Shown in pieces: positions 1 through 8,970 of a DNA stretch of 64,000 nucleotides (position 1 is the stretch's first letter; every line of letters starts with the position of its first letter). Source of the stretch: Gaiellaceae bacterium (lineage in GTDB: Bacteria; Actinomycetota; Thermoleophilia; Gaiellales; Gaiellaceae); NCBI GenBank assembly GCA_036380895.1, contig DASVDV010000015.1:21835-85834 (forward strand), written 5' to 3'. Below the pieces are notes generated by a model, which saw only the letters and a program-made list of their open reading frames with translations, ran no database searches and was not told where the DNA came from. Made by a program: the position numbers and the translations under genes.

Positions 1-418
1 AGGACGAGGCGGTGACGCTGCGCATCGCATAGCAGAACCAGTGCCCGTTGGCGCTCGAGCCCCGGCCGGTGTCGGTGGTGCTGGTCGCGGTCGCGGAGAG
101 GGTCGAGCCGATCGTGCCGTAGGTGGGGCTCGAGCAGCTGGAGCTGTTGCCGTTGTCGGCGCCGAGCAGCTGTTGCCCGGTGATCGGGCCGTGCGCGCCC
201 GGCGTCCAGGTCAGGGTGACGTTCGCGCCGCTGACCGTCGTCGCCGGCGCGCTGGGCGCGCCGATCCAGCCGGCGGCGAACACCGAGCCGGCGTTCGTCG
301 TCTCGCCGTTGAAGACCGCGAACGTGCTCCCGATGCGTCCGCCTCCCAGCGCGAGCGCCGAGGCGACGATCAGGAAGAGCGAGACGATCGCGGCCCGCCG
401 CAGGGCCCGATGCGTCAC
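1..418 (-). CDS. Secreted protein with SipW-class signal peptide and Fn3-like region (N-terminal part only; the rest lies beyond the window start)
   Basis: Absent from the ORF track because it runs off the window. Reverse-strand translation from GTG at 418 gives VTHRALRRAAIVSLFLIVASALALGGGRIGSTFAVFNGETTNAGSVFAAGW...GANVTLTWTPGAHGPITGQQ. It has a basic n-region, a TM helix and the same TFAxF..ETTNAG motif as the three upstream paralogues. Its start overlaps the sipW stop as GTGA (415-418). Confidence 0.7.
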   Translation of the reverse strand, partial: MTHRALRRAAIVSLFLIVASALALGGGRIGSTFAVFNGETTNAGSVFAAGWIGAPSAPATTVSGANVTLTWTPGAHGPITGQQLLGADNGNSSSCSSPTYGTIGSTLSATATSTTDTGRGSSANGHWFCYAMRSVTASS

Positions 419-1026
419 GCCGGGGCGCCTCGTTCGCGGCCGCGGTCGCGCCACAGCTCGTAGAGGGTGATGCCGCCGAGGAGCAGCGCCGGCACGAGCA
501 GCAGCAGGAGCCGCGCGGTGGTCGACTGGAGGTCGTAGAGGATGTACCCGACGACCGGGACGTGGAAGCTGGCGATCCAACCCGTGCCGACTGCCGGCAC
601 CTGCCAGTCGTCGGGGGCGCCGTTCGCGTCGCCCTTCGTGACGAAGTAGCGGCCCGTCGGCCCCTTCTCGACCTTGTAGACGCGGTGCGTGACCTTCTCG
701 GACGGGTCGCCCGGCTTGCTGAAGGCGATCACGTCGCCGACCTTGACCTTGCTCGAGTCGATGTGCTTGTAGAAGACGATCGAGCCGGTCGGGATGGTCG
801 GCGACATCGAGCCCGAGCGCACGACGAGCGCCTGGTACGGCAGCAGCTTCGGCCCGATGGTGATCGTGAGCAGCCCGAGCACGACCAGCGTGACGAGCGT
901 GAGCACGAGCCAGGAGACGATGGTGCCGGCGCGGCGCAGGCCGGGGGGCGCCGGCGCCGGGCGCACGATCGTGACGGAGACGGGGGGCGGGGTGATGGGG
1001 GGCTCGGTGGGCACGACGTTCGACAT
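415..1026 (-). CDS. sipW: Signal peptidase I, SipW-like (ER/archaeal type, S26B)
   Basis: ORF 415..1509 trimmed to the ATG at 1026, with GAGGA 5 nt upstream. An N-terminal TM helix is followed by the boxes SGSMSPT, VTHRVY (His rather than Lys) and TKGDANG, then a C-terminal TM helix. This is the layout of B. subtilis SipW. Confidence 0.85.
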   Translation of the reverse strand: MSNVVPTEPPITPPPVSVTIVRPAPAPPGLRRAGTIVSWLVLTLVTLVVLGLLTITIGPKLLPYQALVVRSGSMSPTIPTGSIVFYKHIDSSKVKVGDVIAFSKPGDPSEKVTHRVYKVEKGPTGRYFVTKGDANGAPDDWQVPAVGTGWIASFHVPVVGYILYDLQSTTARLLLLLVPALLLGGITLYELWRDRGRERGAPA

Positions 1027-1046
1027 GTGTCCTCGCTTCGGATCGA

Positions 1047-1727
1047 TCAGTTGGTCACGTGCCAGGTGAGCGAGAACACGGCTTCCTGGCCCTGGAGGGT
1101 ATTGCTCGCGGTGGACGGCAGCTCGAGCCCGATCGTGAAGTAGCGGCTCGCTCCGGCCGCCGGGCCGCTGCCGAGGTCGAGGGCGCCGGACAGGTCGGTC
1201 GCCCCGGCGAAGAACGAGAGGGTGTCGTCCATCCACGAGCAGGTGCCGGGCGCGAAGTCGGGGTACCAGCAGAAGGTGGCGTTCCCGGACGAGTCGGTCT
1301 CCTGGACGATCATGTCGGCGCCGCCCGCGCAGGGGTTGCCGCCGCCGGGGCTGGGGGCGTCGGGCGTCGCGGCGGCGGTGCACGAGGGCATGAAGAGCGC
1401 CAGGTCGGAGGCGCCGATCGAGCCGTTGTTCACGATCGTCACCTTGGCTGTCGCGGGCACCCCCGGGTAGTTCTCGGCAGCGGCGCTGTACGACATGAGC
1501 GGCGCGCACGCGCCGTTCACGTTCGCGGTGCTGCCGGACCCGTACGAGAAGCAGGTGGTGCCGGTGTTCACCGTGTCGCCGAACGTGAGCGTGCCGGAGG
1601 CGACGGTGCTCTTCGTGTTCGTCTGCTGCGAGCTGAGGACGGCGTACGTCCCGGAGACGGTGATGCAGCCGAGCCCGCCCACGACCATCAGGCTCGCGAG
1701 CAGCGTCTTGAACGAGCGGCCGCTCAC
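1047..1727 (-). CDS. TasA/camelysin-like secreted protein, paralogue P3 (226 aa, core only)
   Basis: C-terminal part of ORF 1047..2840, with the GTG start at 1727 overlapping the P2 stop (GTGA). Signal peptide VSGRSFKTLLASLMVVGGLGCITVSGTYAVLSSQQTNTKSTVASGTL. C-terminus SRYFTIGLELPSTASNTLQGQEAVFSLTWHVTN. Confidence 0.8.
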   Translation of the reverse strand: MSGRSFKTLLASLMVVGGLGCITVSGTYAVLSSQQTNTKSTVASGTLTFGDTVNTGTTCFSYGSGSTANVNGACAPLMSYSAAAENYPGVPATAKVTIVNNGSIGASDLALFMPSCTAAATPDAPSPGGGNPCAGGADMIVQETDSSGNATFCWYPDFAPGTCSWMDDTLSFFAGATDLSGALDLGSGPAAGASRYFTIGLELPSTASNTLQGQEAVFSLTWHVTN

Positions 1728-3013
1728 TGGTCGAGGTGCCACGTGAGCCCGAACGTCGACGACAGGCCCTGCAGCGGGTTCTGGTTGTTGGCGGGCGGGC
1801 CGGGCAGGTAGACGCCGACGTAGAAGGTGCGCGTCGCCGAGTGCGCGAGCGCGACGGGCGCCGTGGTGCTGGCTGTGCCGTTCGCCGTCAGCGGGTAGAG
1901 CGGGATCTTCCCCGAGCTGCCGTTGTGGAGCGTGTCGAACTTCGAGATCGTGTCCGCCTGATCCGGGTTGAGCGTGTTCTGCACGGTCGTGTCCGTGATC
2001 GTCGACGTGGTCGGATAGGCGAAGTTCGGCGTCGCCGAGACGATCGTGAGGGAGGTCGCGCCGATGTAGGCGTCGGCGTTCGCCGTGAAGTCCTGGGTGT
2101 TGTTCCCCGACACGATCCTGATCGTGTCGTTCTTCTTCACGTTCCCGTTCAGCGCCGAGACGCCGATCGTGGTGATGGCGCCGCTCGTGCTGAGCGCGCT
2201 CGACGGGGTGACCGAGATCGGGGCTGTGCAACCGCCCGTCGGCGCGTTCGAGCTGTTGCCGAACCAGCAGTAGTTGAAGCCGCCGGTCTGCTCCTGCACG
2301 TACAGCAGCGCGGCCGCGCAGAGCGGGTTGCCGGTGGTGGGGTTGAAGTCGAGGTCGGTGCCCTTGGTCGCGCCCGTGGTTCCCGCCACCGTCGTCTTCA
2401 CGTCGTAGCAGTCGGTGTTCGACGCGGTCGTGTTGCTGCTCGTGTCCTGCACGATCGAGCCGACGGGGTAGGCGTAGTTGGCCGTCTGCGCCGTGATCGG
2501 GATCGACGTCGCGCCGCCGCTCGCCGAGCCGCTCGCGACGAACGTCTGCGTGTGGGTGCCGAAGCTGACGACGATCGAGTCGCCGCTCGTCACCGTCCCC
2601 TCGAGCGCCGTGACGGTGAGGCTGGAACCCGACGTGACGCCGTTCGTCAGCGCCGCGTCGAGCGTCGCGTTGACCGGCGGCGCCCACAGCGAGAGGGCGG
2701 AGGCGTCGATGCTGCCCGTGTTCTGGATCGTGATGCTCGCCGCTCCGCCGTAGGTCCCCGGCGCCAGGTTCGTGAGCGTCAACGCCGGCGAGCAGGCCTC
2801 GTTGAAGTTGTTCTGCGAAGCCGCGGAGGCGGTCGCGCACGCGCTCCCCGTGCCGACGGTGTTGCTCATCGTGAGCGTCCCGGAGGCGGCGGTGCTGCCG
2901 GCGTTGGTGGTCTCGGCGCTGAACGAGGCGAAGGTGCCGCCGCTTCCGAAGAAGGCGGCGGCACCGATCGCCATCAGCAGCGTCAGGAACGCCTTGAGCT
3001 TGGGGAGCGACAC
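1724..3013 (-). CDS. TasA/camelysin-like secreted protein, paralogue P2 (429 aa, two insertion modules)
   Basis: ORF 1724..3013 with a GTG start. N-terminus MSLPKLKAFLTLLMAIGAAAFFGSGGTFASFSAETTNAGSTAASGTL. C-terminus TRTFYVGVYLPGPPANNQNPLQGLSSTFGLTWHLDQ. Carries an internal ~58-aa duplication. Confidence 0.85.
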   Translation of the reverse strand: MSLPKLKAFLTLLMAIGAAAFFGSGGTFASFSAETTNAGSTAASGTLTMSNTVGTGSACATASAASQNNFNEACSPALTLTNLAPGTYGGAASITIQNTGSIDASALSLWAPPVNATLDAALTNGVTSGSSLTVTALEGTVTSGDSIVVSFGTHTQTFVASGSASGGATSIPITAQTANYAYPVGSIVQDTSSNTTASNTDCYDVKTTVAGTTGATKGTDLDFNPTTGNPLCAAALLYVQEQTGGFNYCWFGNSSNAPTGGCTAPISVTPSSALSTSGAITTIGVSALNGNVKKNDTIRIVSGNNTQDFTANADAYIGATSLTIVSATPNFAYPTTSTITDTTVQNTLNPDQADTISKFDTLHNGSSGKIPLYPLTANGTASTTAPVALAHSATRTFYVGVYLPGPPANNQNPLQGLSSTFGLTWHLDQ

Positions 3014-3034
3014 GTGCGTTACCTGCGAGTCGAC

Positions 3035-3991
3035 CTAGTGACTGATCTGCCAGCTCACGTCGAAGCTCGCCTGCGCGTTCTGCGCGGTATTCCCGAGCGA
3101 CGAGCCGTCGACGGTGATCAGGAAGTAGCGGCTTCCACCCGCACTGAGCGCCGTCCCCGTATTCCCGGATCCGCCGCCCGACTTCAGGTTGAGCTGGGTC
3201 TGATTCGTGGTGTCGGTGAAGCTGGTGGGCAGGTCACTCAGGTACTTCGTCGTGGAGCTGGCCGAACAGTCGTTGCTGGCGTCGGAAGGCCAGGCGCAGA
3301 TCCCGGAGATCGCCGCGAAGCTCGAGTCGGTCTCCTGGACCGAGATCGGCAGCGTCGAGCACAGGTTCTGCGTCGTCGCGAAGCTCTCGACGACCGCGAC
3401 GTCGTTGCCGGCCGGGATCGTGTTCGACCCGTTGGTGCCCGTGGTGGTGACGTCGACGCTCGATCCCGCCGCGAACGTGCTGGTCGTGCTGACCGTGAAG
3501 GTCTGGTACGTCCCGGTGGAGTCCTTCGCCTCGATCTTCGTCCCGTCAGCGAGCGGCTGATTGAGATTCGCGATCGTGATCGTCGGGTCGATCGCGCTCG
3601 CCGCGACGCCGCTGCCGCCGACGGTGCCAATCGACTGGATCGAGTCTTGGCACGACGTCGCCTTGAAGTCGATGTGGGCGGAGTCGAGCGAGCCCGCGTT
3701 CGTGAGCGTCAGCTTGGCGGTCTGGGCGCTCGAGACGTCGGAGACCGTGAAGAGGGTGTCGCAGGTCGTACCGTCCGTCGTACCGTTGTTGGAATCGACC
3801 TCCGACGTGCAGGTGGTGCCGCTGGTGCCGACCTTGTTGTGCAGGAACAGCGTTCCGCTTGCGAAGGTGTTGCCGGCGTTCGTCGTCTGGGCGCTGAAGC
3901 TCGCGAACGTCCCGGCGCCGTTGGCCGCTACGGCGATCAGCCCGATCACCGTGAGCAGCATCAGGTACTGCTTGACTCGTTTCCGTGACAT
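3035..3991 (-). CDS. TasA/camelysin-like secreted protein, paralogue P1 (318 aa, one insertion module)
   Basis: ORF 3035..4114 trimmed to the ATG at 3991, with GGGAG upstream. N-terminus MSRKRVKQYLMLLTVIGLIAVAANGAGTFASFSAQTTNAGNTFASGTL. C-terminus GGSRYFLITVDGSSLGNTAQNAQASFDVSWQISH. Confidence 0.85.
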   Translation of the reverse strand: MSRKRVKQYLMLLTVIGLIAVAANGAGTFASFSAQTTNAGNTFASGTLFLHNKVGTSGTTCTSEVDSNNGTTDGTTCDTLFTVSDVSSAQTAKLTLTNAGSLDSAHIDFKATSCQDSIQSIGTVGGSGVAASAIDPTITIANLNQPLADGTKIEAKDSTGTYQTFTVSTTSTFAAGSSVDVTTTGTNGSNTIPAGNDVAVVESFATTQNLCSTLPISVQETDSSFAAISGICAWPSDASNDCSASSTTKYLSDLPTSFTDTTNQTQLNLKSGGGSGNTGTALSAGGSRYFLITVDGSSLGNTAQNAQASFDVSWQISH

Positions 3992-4038
3992 GACGTGTCG
4001 CTCCCTGGGCGTAGCCCTTCGGGGCCCGGTCAGGCCCC

Positions 4039-4062
4039 GCTCGGTTGTCTGCTCGGTTGTCT
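4039..4062. repeat. Perfect tandem 12-mer x2 (GCTCGGTTGTCT) in the leader of the TasA-like operon
   Basis: gctcggttgtct at 4039-4050 is repeated exactly at 4051-4062, 48-71 nt upstream of the P1 start codon on the minus strand. Confidence 0.9.
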
Positions 4063-4268
4063 GTTTCGCCCGGTCTCTCCGCCTGAGTGGCCGCTCGCGG
4101 AGACGCCTGGGCAAAGGCCCTTCGTGGTACGCCAGGCCGTTTGTAGCAGCATTCGCGGGAAATTCCCGCCGCTGCAGGCCTTTCCTACCGGTTTCTAACT
4201 AAGTGTCGCAGTGCTCGGATGGTGCCTCAGCTTCCCGAGGCTGTCAATAACCGACGTGGCCGGAAGGG

Positions 4269-4763
4269 CTACTCGTCGAACGAGGGCGCGGCCTCGATCG
4301 GGGCCGGCTCCGACCCCGTCGGGACGCCGAGCGCGGCGACCGCCTGCGCGAGCTGCCGGCGGATCCGGTCGATCTCGCCCGCGATCCGGTCGCGGTCCAT
4401 CTCGGCCTGGCGCACGAGCAGGTCCGCGTCGGCGCGCGCCTTCGCGAGCAGCTCGTCGGCCTCCTCCTCGGCCCGGCGTTGCGTCGTCTGCGCGCTCTCC
4501 TCGGCGAGGGCCAGCGTCTGCGTGAGCGACCGTTCGATCTGCCGGTAGCGGTCGAGCTCCGACGAGCCGCGCTCGCGCTCCGCGAGCAGCTCGGCGTTCC
4601 GCCGCTCCGCCTCCATCGCCCGCTGCTCCGCGCTCGCGAGCCGGCGGGTCAGCTCGTCGACGACCGCGTCGACGCTGCGGCGCGAATACCCGCGGAAACC
4701 CCGCTCGAGCGGCAGCGAGACGGTGTCGGCCGGGGCTTCGGGTGTGGGATCGGTGGCGCTCAA
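4269..4763 (-). CDS. DivIVA-domain protein
   Basis: The N-terminal [22 protein letters not shown] motif is followed by a long coiled-coil-like segment rich in E, R, A and L. TTG start. Confidence 0.8.
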   Translation of the reverse strand: MSATDPTPEAPADTVSLPLERGFRGYSRRSVDAVVDELTRRLASAEQRAMEAERRNAELLAERERGSSELDRYRQIERSLTQTLALAEESAQTTQRRAEEEADELLAKARADADLLVRQAEMDRDRIAGEIDRIRRQLAQAVAALGVPTGSEPAPIEAAPSFDE

Positions 4764-4824
4764 CTGCTCGAGGGACCGGAGAATAACGGCACGACCCGCG
4801 CGGGGCCACTACCCTTCCGGGCAG

Positions 4825-6423
<1,599 letters not shown>

Positions 6424-6469
6424 CGCGCGCCAACCAATCCGGGGAGAGGACGTCTAACCTGCTCGAGGT

Positions 6470-7039
6470 ATGAGCTCGTCCGCCGACGCGCACATCAGCA
6501 TCAGCCGCAAGCCGCCCTGGCGCCGCCAGCAGTTCTGGCGCGTCGTGCTGCCGACGGTCGCAGCGGTCTGCGCGGTCGGGGCCGGGCTGCTCGTCTACGA
6601 CGCGTTCGTCGGCTCGAGCGGCGCGAGCCAGTCGAAGACCGGCTGGGGCGTCACGTACCCGGAGCCGAAGACGCAGAAGACGGTGCCGCTCGATTCCGAC
6701 GCGAAGGCCGTCGCCCGCCGCTTCGTCCAGACGGCCGTCGCGCGCAAGAACCTGCGCGAGGCGTACGCGTTCTCGGGCCCGGCGATCCGCGAGGGCATGA
6801 CCCTGAAGCAGTGGCTGACCGGCAACATCGCGGTCGTGCCGTACAAGGTGACCGACGCGACGTCGGCCCGGATGGCGATCGACGAGTCGCACGCGAAGAG
6901 CGCGAAGCTCGAGCTGCTGCTCGACACCCCGCACGAGAAGCCCGCCCTGTTCTTCATGGACCTGGTCAAGAAGAACGGGAAGTGGTTCGTGAACAGCTGG
7001 GTGCCGCGGGCCTCGATCCCGATCCCGAAGAACCAGTAG
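6470..7039 (+). CDS. Hypothetical membrane-anchored protein
   Basis: 189-aa ORF with a single N-terminal TM helix (FWRVVLPTVAAVCAVGAGLLVY) and a soluble domain. I recognise no motif. Confidence 0.55.
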   Translation: MSSSADAHISISRKPPWRRQQFWRVVLPTVAAVCAVGAGLLVYDAFVGSSGASQSKTGWGVTYPEPKTQKTVPLDSDAKAVARRFVQTAVARKNLREAYAFSGPAIREGMTLKQWLTGNIAVVPYKVTDATSARMAIDESHAKSAKLELLLDTPHEKPALFFMDLVKKNGKWFVNSWVPRASIPIPKNQ

Positions 7040-7040
7040 C

Positions 7041-7742
7041 TCAGAGCTCGATCGTCAGCCCGTCGCGGGCGACGTCGACGCCGGCCGGCGCGGCGAGCTC
7101 GACCGGCCGGTGCGTCAGCAGCAGCCGCCGCGCGCCCGCGCGGCCGGCGACCGCGACCGCCTCGGCCGCGGTGAGGTGACCCTCGTCGACCGTGCCGTCG
7201 GGCAGCGTCGCCTCGCAGACGAAGCAGTCGGCGTCGCGAGCCAGGTCGTCGAGCGCCGCGGTCGGGCCGGTGTCGCCCGAGAAGGCGACGACCTTCCCGT
7301 CCGCGGCCACCCGCAAGCCGAAGGCGGGGATGCCGTAGTGGCGCACCCCGATCGGCTCGACCGTGGCGTCGGCCGCCTCGAACGGGGCCCGCTCGGCGTA
7401 CTCCTGCACGGCGAAGCAGCCGTCGAGCTGGTCGCTCGACAGGAGCTCGCCGAGCGCGTCGCGCCCGCCCGGCGGCAGCCAGAGCGGCGGCCGCTCGTCG
7501 GGCGCCGGCCCCATCAGGCGGCCCCAGACCCACGGCACCAGGTCGCCCACGTGGTCGAGGTGCGTGTGCGTGATCGCGATCGCGTCGACGCGGGGCCAGC
7601 CTTCCCGTTCGCGCAGGAGCGCCAGGACGCCGGGGCCGCAGTCGACGAGCAGCCGGCCCGTCGGCGTCTCGACCAGGTAGCCCGCGTGCGCCGAACCGGG
7701 GTTCGGCCACGCGGGAGAGCTGCCGACCACGATCAGGCGCAT
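7041..7742 (-). CDS. MBL-fold metallo-hydrolase
   Basis: HxHxDH motif (ITHTHLDHVGD) in a 233-aa ORF with typical beta-lactamase-fold spacing. Confidence 0.85.
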   Translation of the reverse strand: MRLIVVGSSPAWPNPGSAHAGYLVETPTGRLLVDCGPGVLALLREREGWPRVDAIAITHTHLDHVGDLVPWVWGRLMGPAPDERPPLWLPPGGRDALGELLSSDQLDGCFAVQEYAERAPFEAADATVEPIGVRHYGIPAFGLRVAADGKVVAFSGDTGPTAALDDLARDADCFVCEATLPDGTVDEGHLTAAEAVAVAGRAGARRLLLTHRPVELAAPAGVDVARDGLTIEL

Positions 7743-7752
7743 CAGCGCTTCC

Positions 7753-7758
7753 TATACT
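7753..7758 (+). promoter_or_regulatory. -10-like TATACT 8 nt upstream of the GTG of the B12-binding subunit gene (leaderless candidate)
   Basis: Only 24 nt separate the divergent start codons at 7742 and 7767. TATACT is the one AT-rich hexamer in that gap. Confidence 0.35.
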
Positions 7759-7766
7759 GACGCTCC

Positions 7767-8162
7767 GTGGTGGCGAAGATCAGGGTGGTGATCGCGAAGC
7801 CCGGGCTCGACGGGCACGATCGCGGCGCGAAGATCATCGCGCGGGCGTTGCGCGACGCCGGCATGGAGGTGATCTACACCGGCCTGCACCAGACGCCGGA
7901 GCAGATCGTCGAGACCGCGATCCAGGAGGACGCCGACGCGGTCGGTATCTCGATCCTCTCGGGCGCGCACATGACGCTGGTGCCGCGCATCCTGGAGCTG
8001 CTGCGGGAGCAGGGCGCCGAGGACGTCGTGGTCGTCGTCGGCGGGACGATCCCCACCGAGGACGTGGCCGAGCTGAAGCAGCAGGGGGTCGCCGAGGTGT
8101 TCACGCCGGGGGCGCCCACCGCCGAGATCGTCGACTTCCTGCAGTCGCGGGTCGCCGCGTAG
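7767..8162 (+). CDS. Acyl-CoA mutase small subunit (cobalamin-binding domain)
   Basis: [36 protein letters not shown] carries the DxHxxG B12-binding motif. 131 aa. Confidence 0.9.
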   Translation: MVAKIRVVIAKPGLDGHDRGAKIIARALRDAGMEVIYTGLHQTPEQIVETAIQEDADAVGISILSGAHMTLVPRILELLREQGAEDVVVVVGGTIPTEDVAELKQQGVAEVFTPGAPTAEIVDFLQSRVAA

Positions 8163-8939
8163 ATGGCGGTCCGCGTCGAGCGCGCCGGCGGTGCCGACGC
8201 CGTCGCCGTCGTCACGATCGACCGTCCCGAGGCGCTGAACGCGCTCGACGTGGCCACGCTGACGGAGCTGCGCGACCGGCTCGCCGCGCTGGCCGCCGAC
8301 GAATCCGTGCGGGCGGTCGTCCTCACGGGCGCCGGCGACCGCGCGTTCGTGGCGGGCGCGGACATCGCCTACATGAGCGGCCTGGACGTCGCGGGCGCCA
8401 CCGCCTGGGGCGAGCTGGGGCATGGGGTCGCGACGTTGCTCGAGACGATGCCGAAGCCGACGATCGCCGCGATCGGCGGCTTCGCGCTCGGGGGCGGCTG
8501 CGAGCTCGCCCTGGCCTGCGACATCCGCTACTGCGGCACCCGCGCGAAGCTCGGCCAGCCCGAGGTGAACCTGGGGATCATCCCCGGCTGGGGCGGCACC
8601 CAGCGGCTCGCACGTGCGACGAACCTCGGCTTCGCCAAGGAGCTGATCCTCACCGGGCGGCTCGTGGACGCCGACGAGGCCCTGCGCGTCGGGCTCGTGC
8701 AGGGCGTCCACGACCCGGTGCTGGAGCGGGCGCTCGAGACGGCGGCGCTGTGCGCGGCGAAGGCGCCGCTCGCGCTGGCCGCGGCGAAGCGCCTCGCGAA
8801 CGATTCGCTGGCGGGCGACCATCCCGGGCAGCTCCGCGCGGAGGCGCGGGCCTTCGGCGAGCTGTTCGCGACCGCCGACGCACGCGAGGGTCTGACGGCG
8901 TTCGTCGAGAAGCGCGAGGCGAGGTTCGCCGGACGTTGA
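8163..8939 (+). CDS. Enoyl-CoA hydratase/isomerase (crotonase family)
   Basis: Crotonase motifs FVAGADI and GFALGGGCELALACDIRY. The start abuts the preceding stop codon. Confidence 0.9.
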   Translation: MAVRVERAGGADAVAVVTIDRPEALNALDVATLTELRDRLAALAADESVRAVVLTGAGDRAFVAGADIAYMSGLDVAGATAWGELGHGVATLLETMPKPTIAAIGGFALGGGCELALACDIRYCGTRAKLGQPEVNLGIIPGWGGTQRLARATNLGFAKELILTGRLVDADEALRVGLVQGVHDPVLERALETAALCAAKAPLALAAAKRLANDSLAGDHPGQLRAEARAFGELFATADAREGLTAFVEKREARFAGR

Positions 8940-8970
8940 CTCGCCGTTCAACGTTAGAGTCCAGGCGCGC

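Noticed and set aside
1736-3988. 750-aa plus-strand ORF across the TasA-like region
   Set aside because: The product is extremely Arg/Gly/Asp/Val-rich with no motifs. The minus-strand frames give coherent signal peptides, conserved termini and proper gene junctions, so the minus-strand genes are the real ones.
3992-4268. c-di-GMP (GEMM-I) riboswitch upstream of the TasA-like operon
   Set aside because: It was tempting, because biofilm-matrix genes are often c-di-GMP controlled. However, I could not find the paired GNRA-tetraloop and receptor or the ..GCAAAGC.. core strings. I kept only the neutral description of a structured leader.
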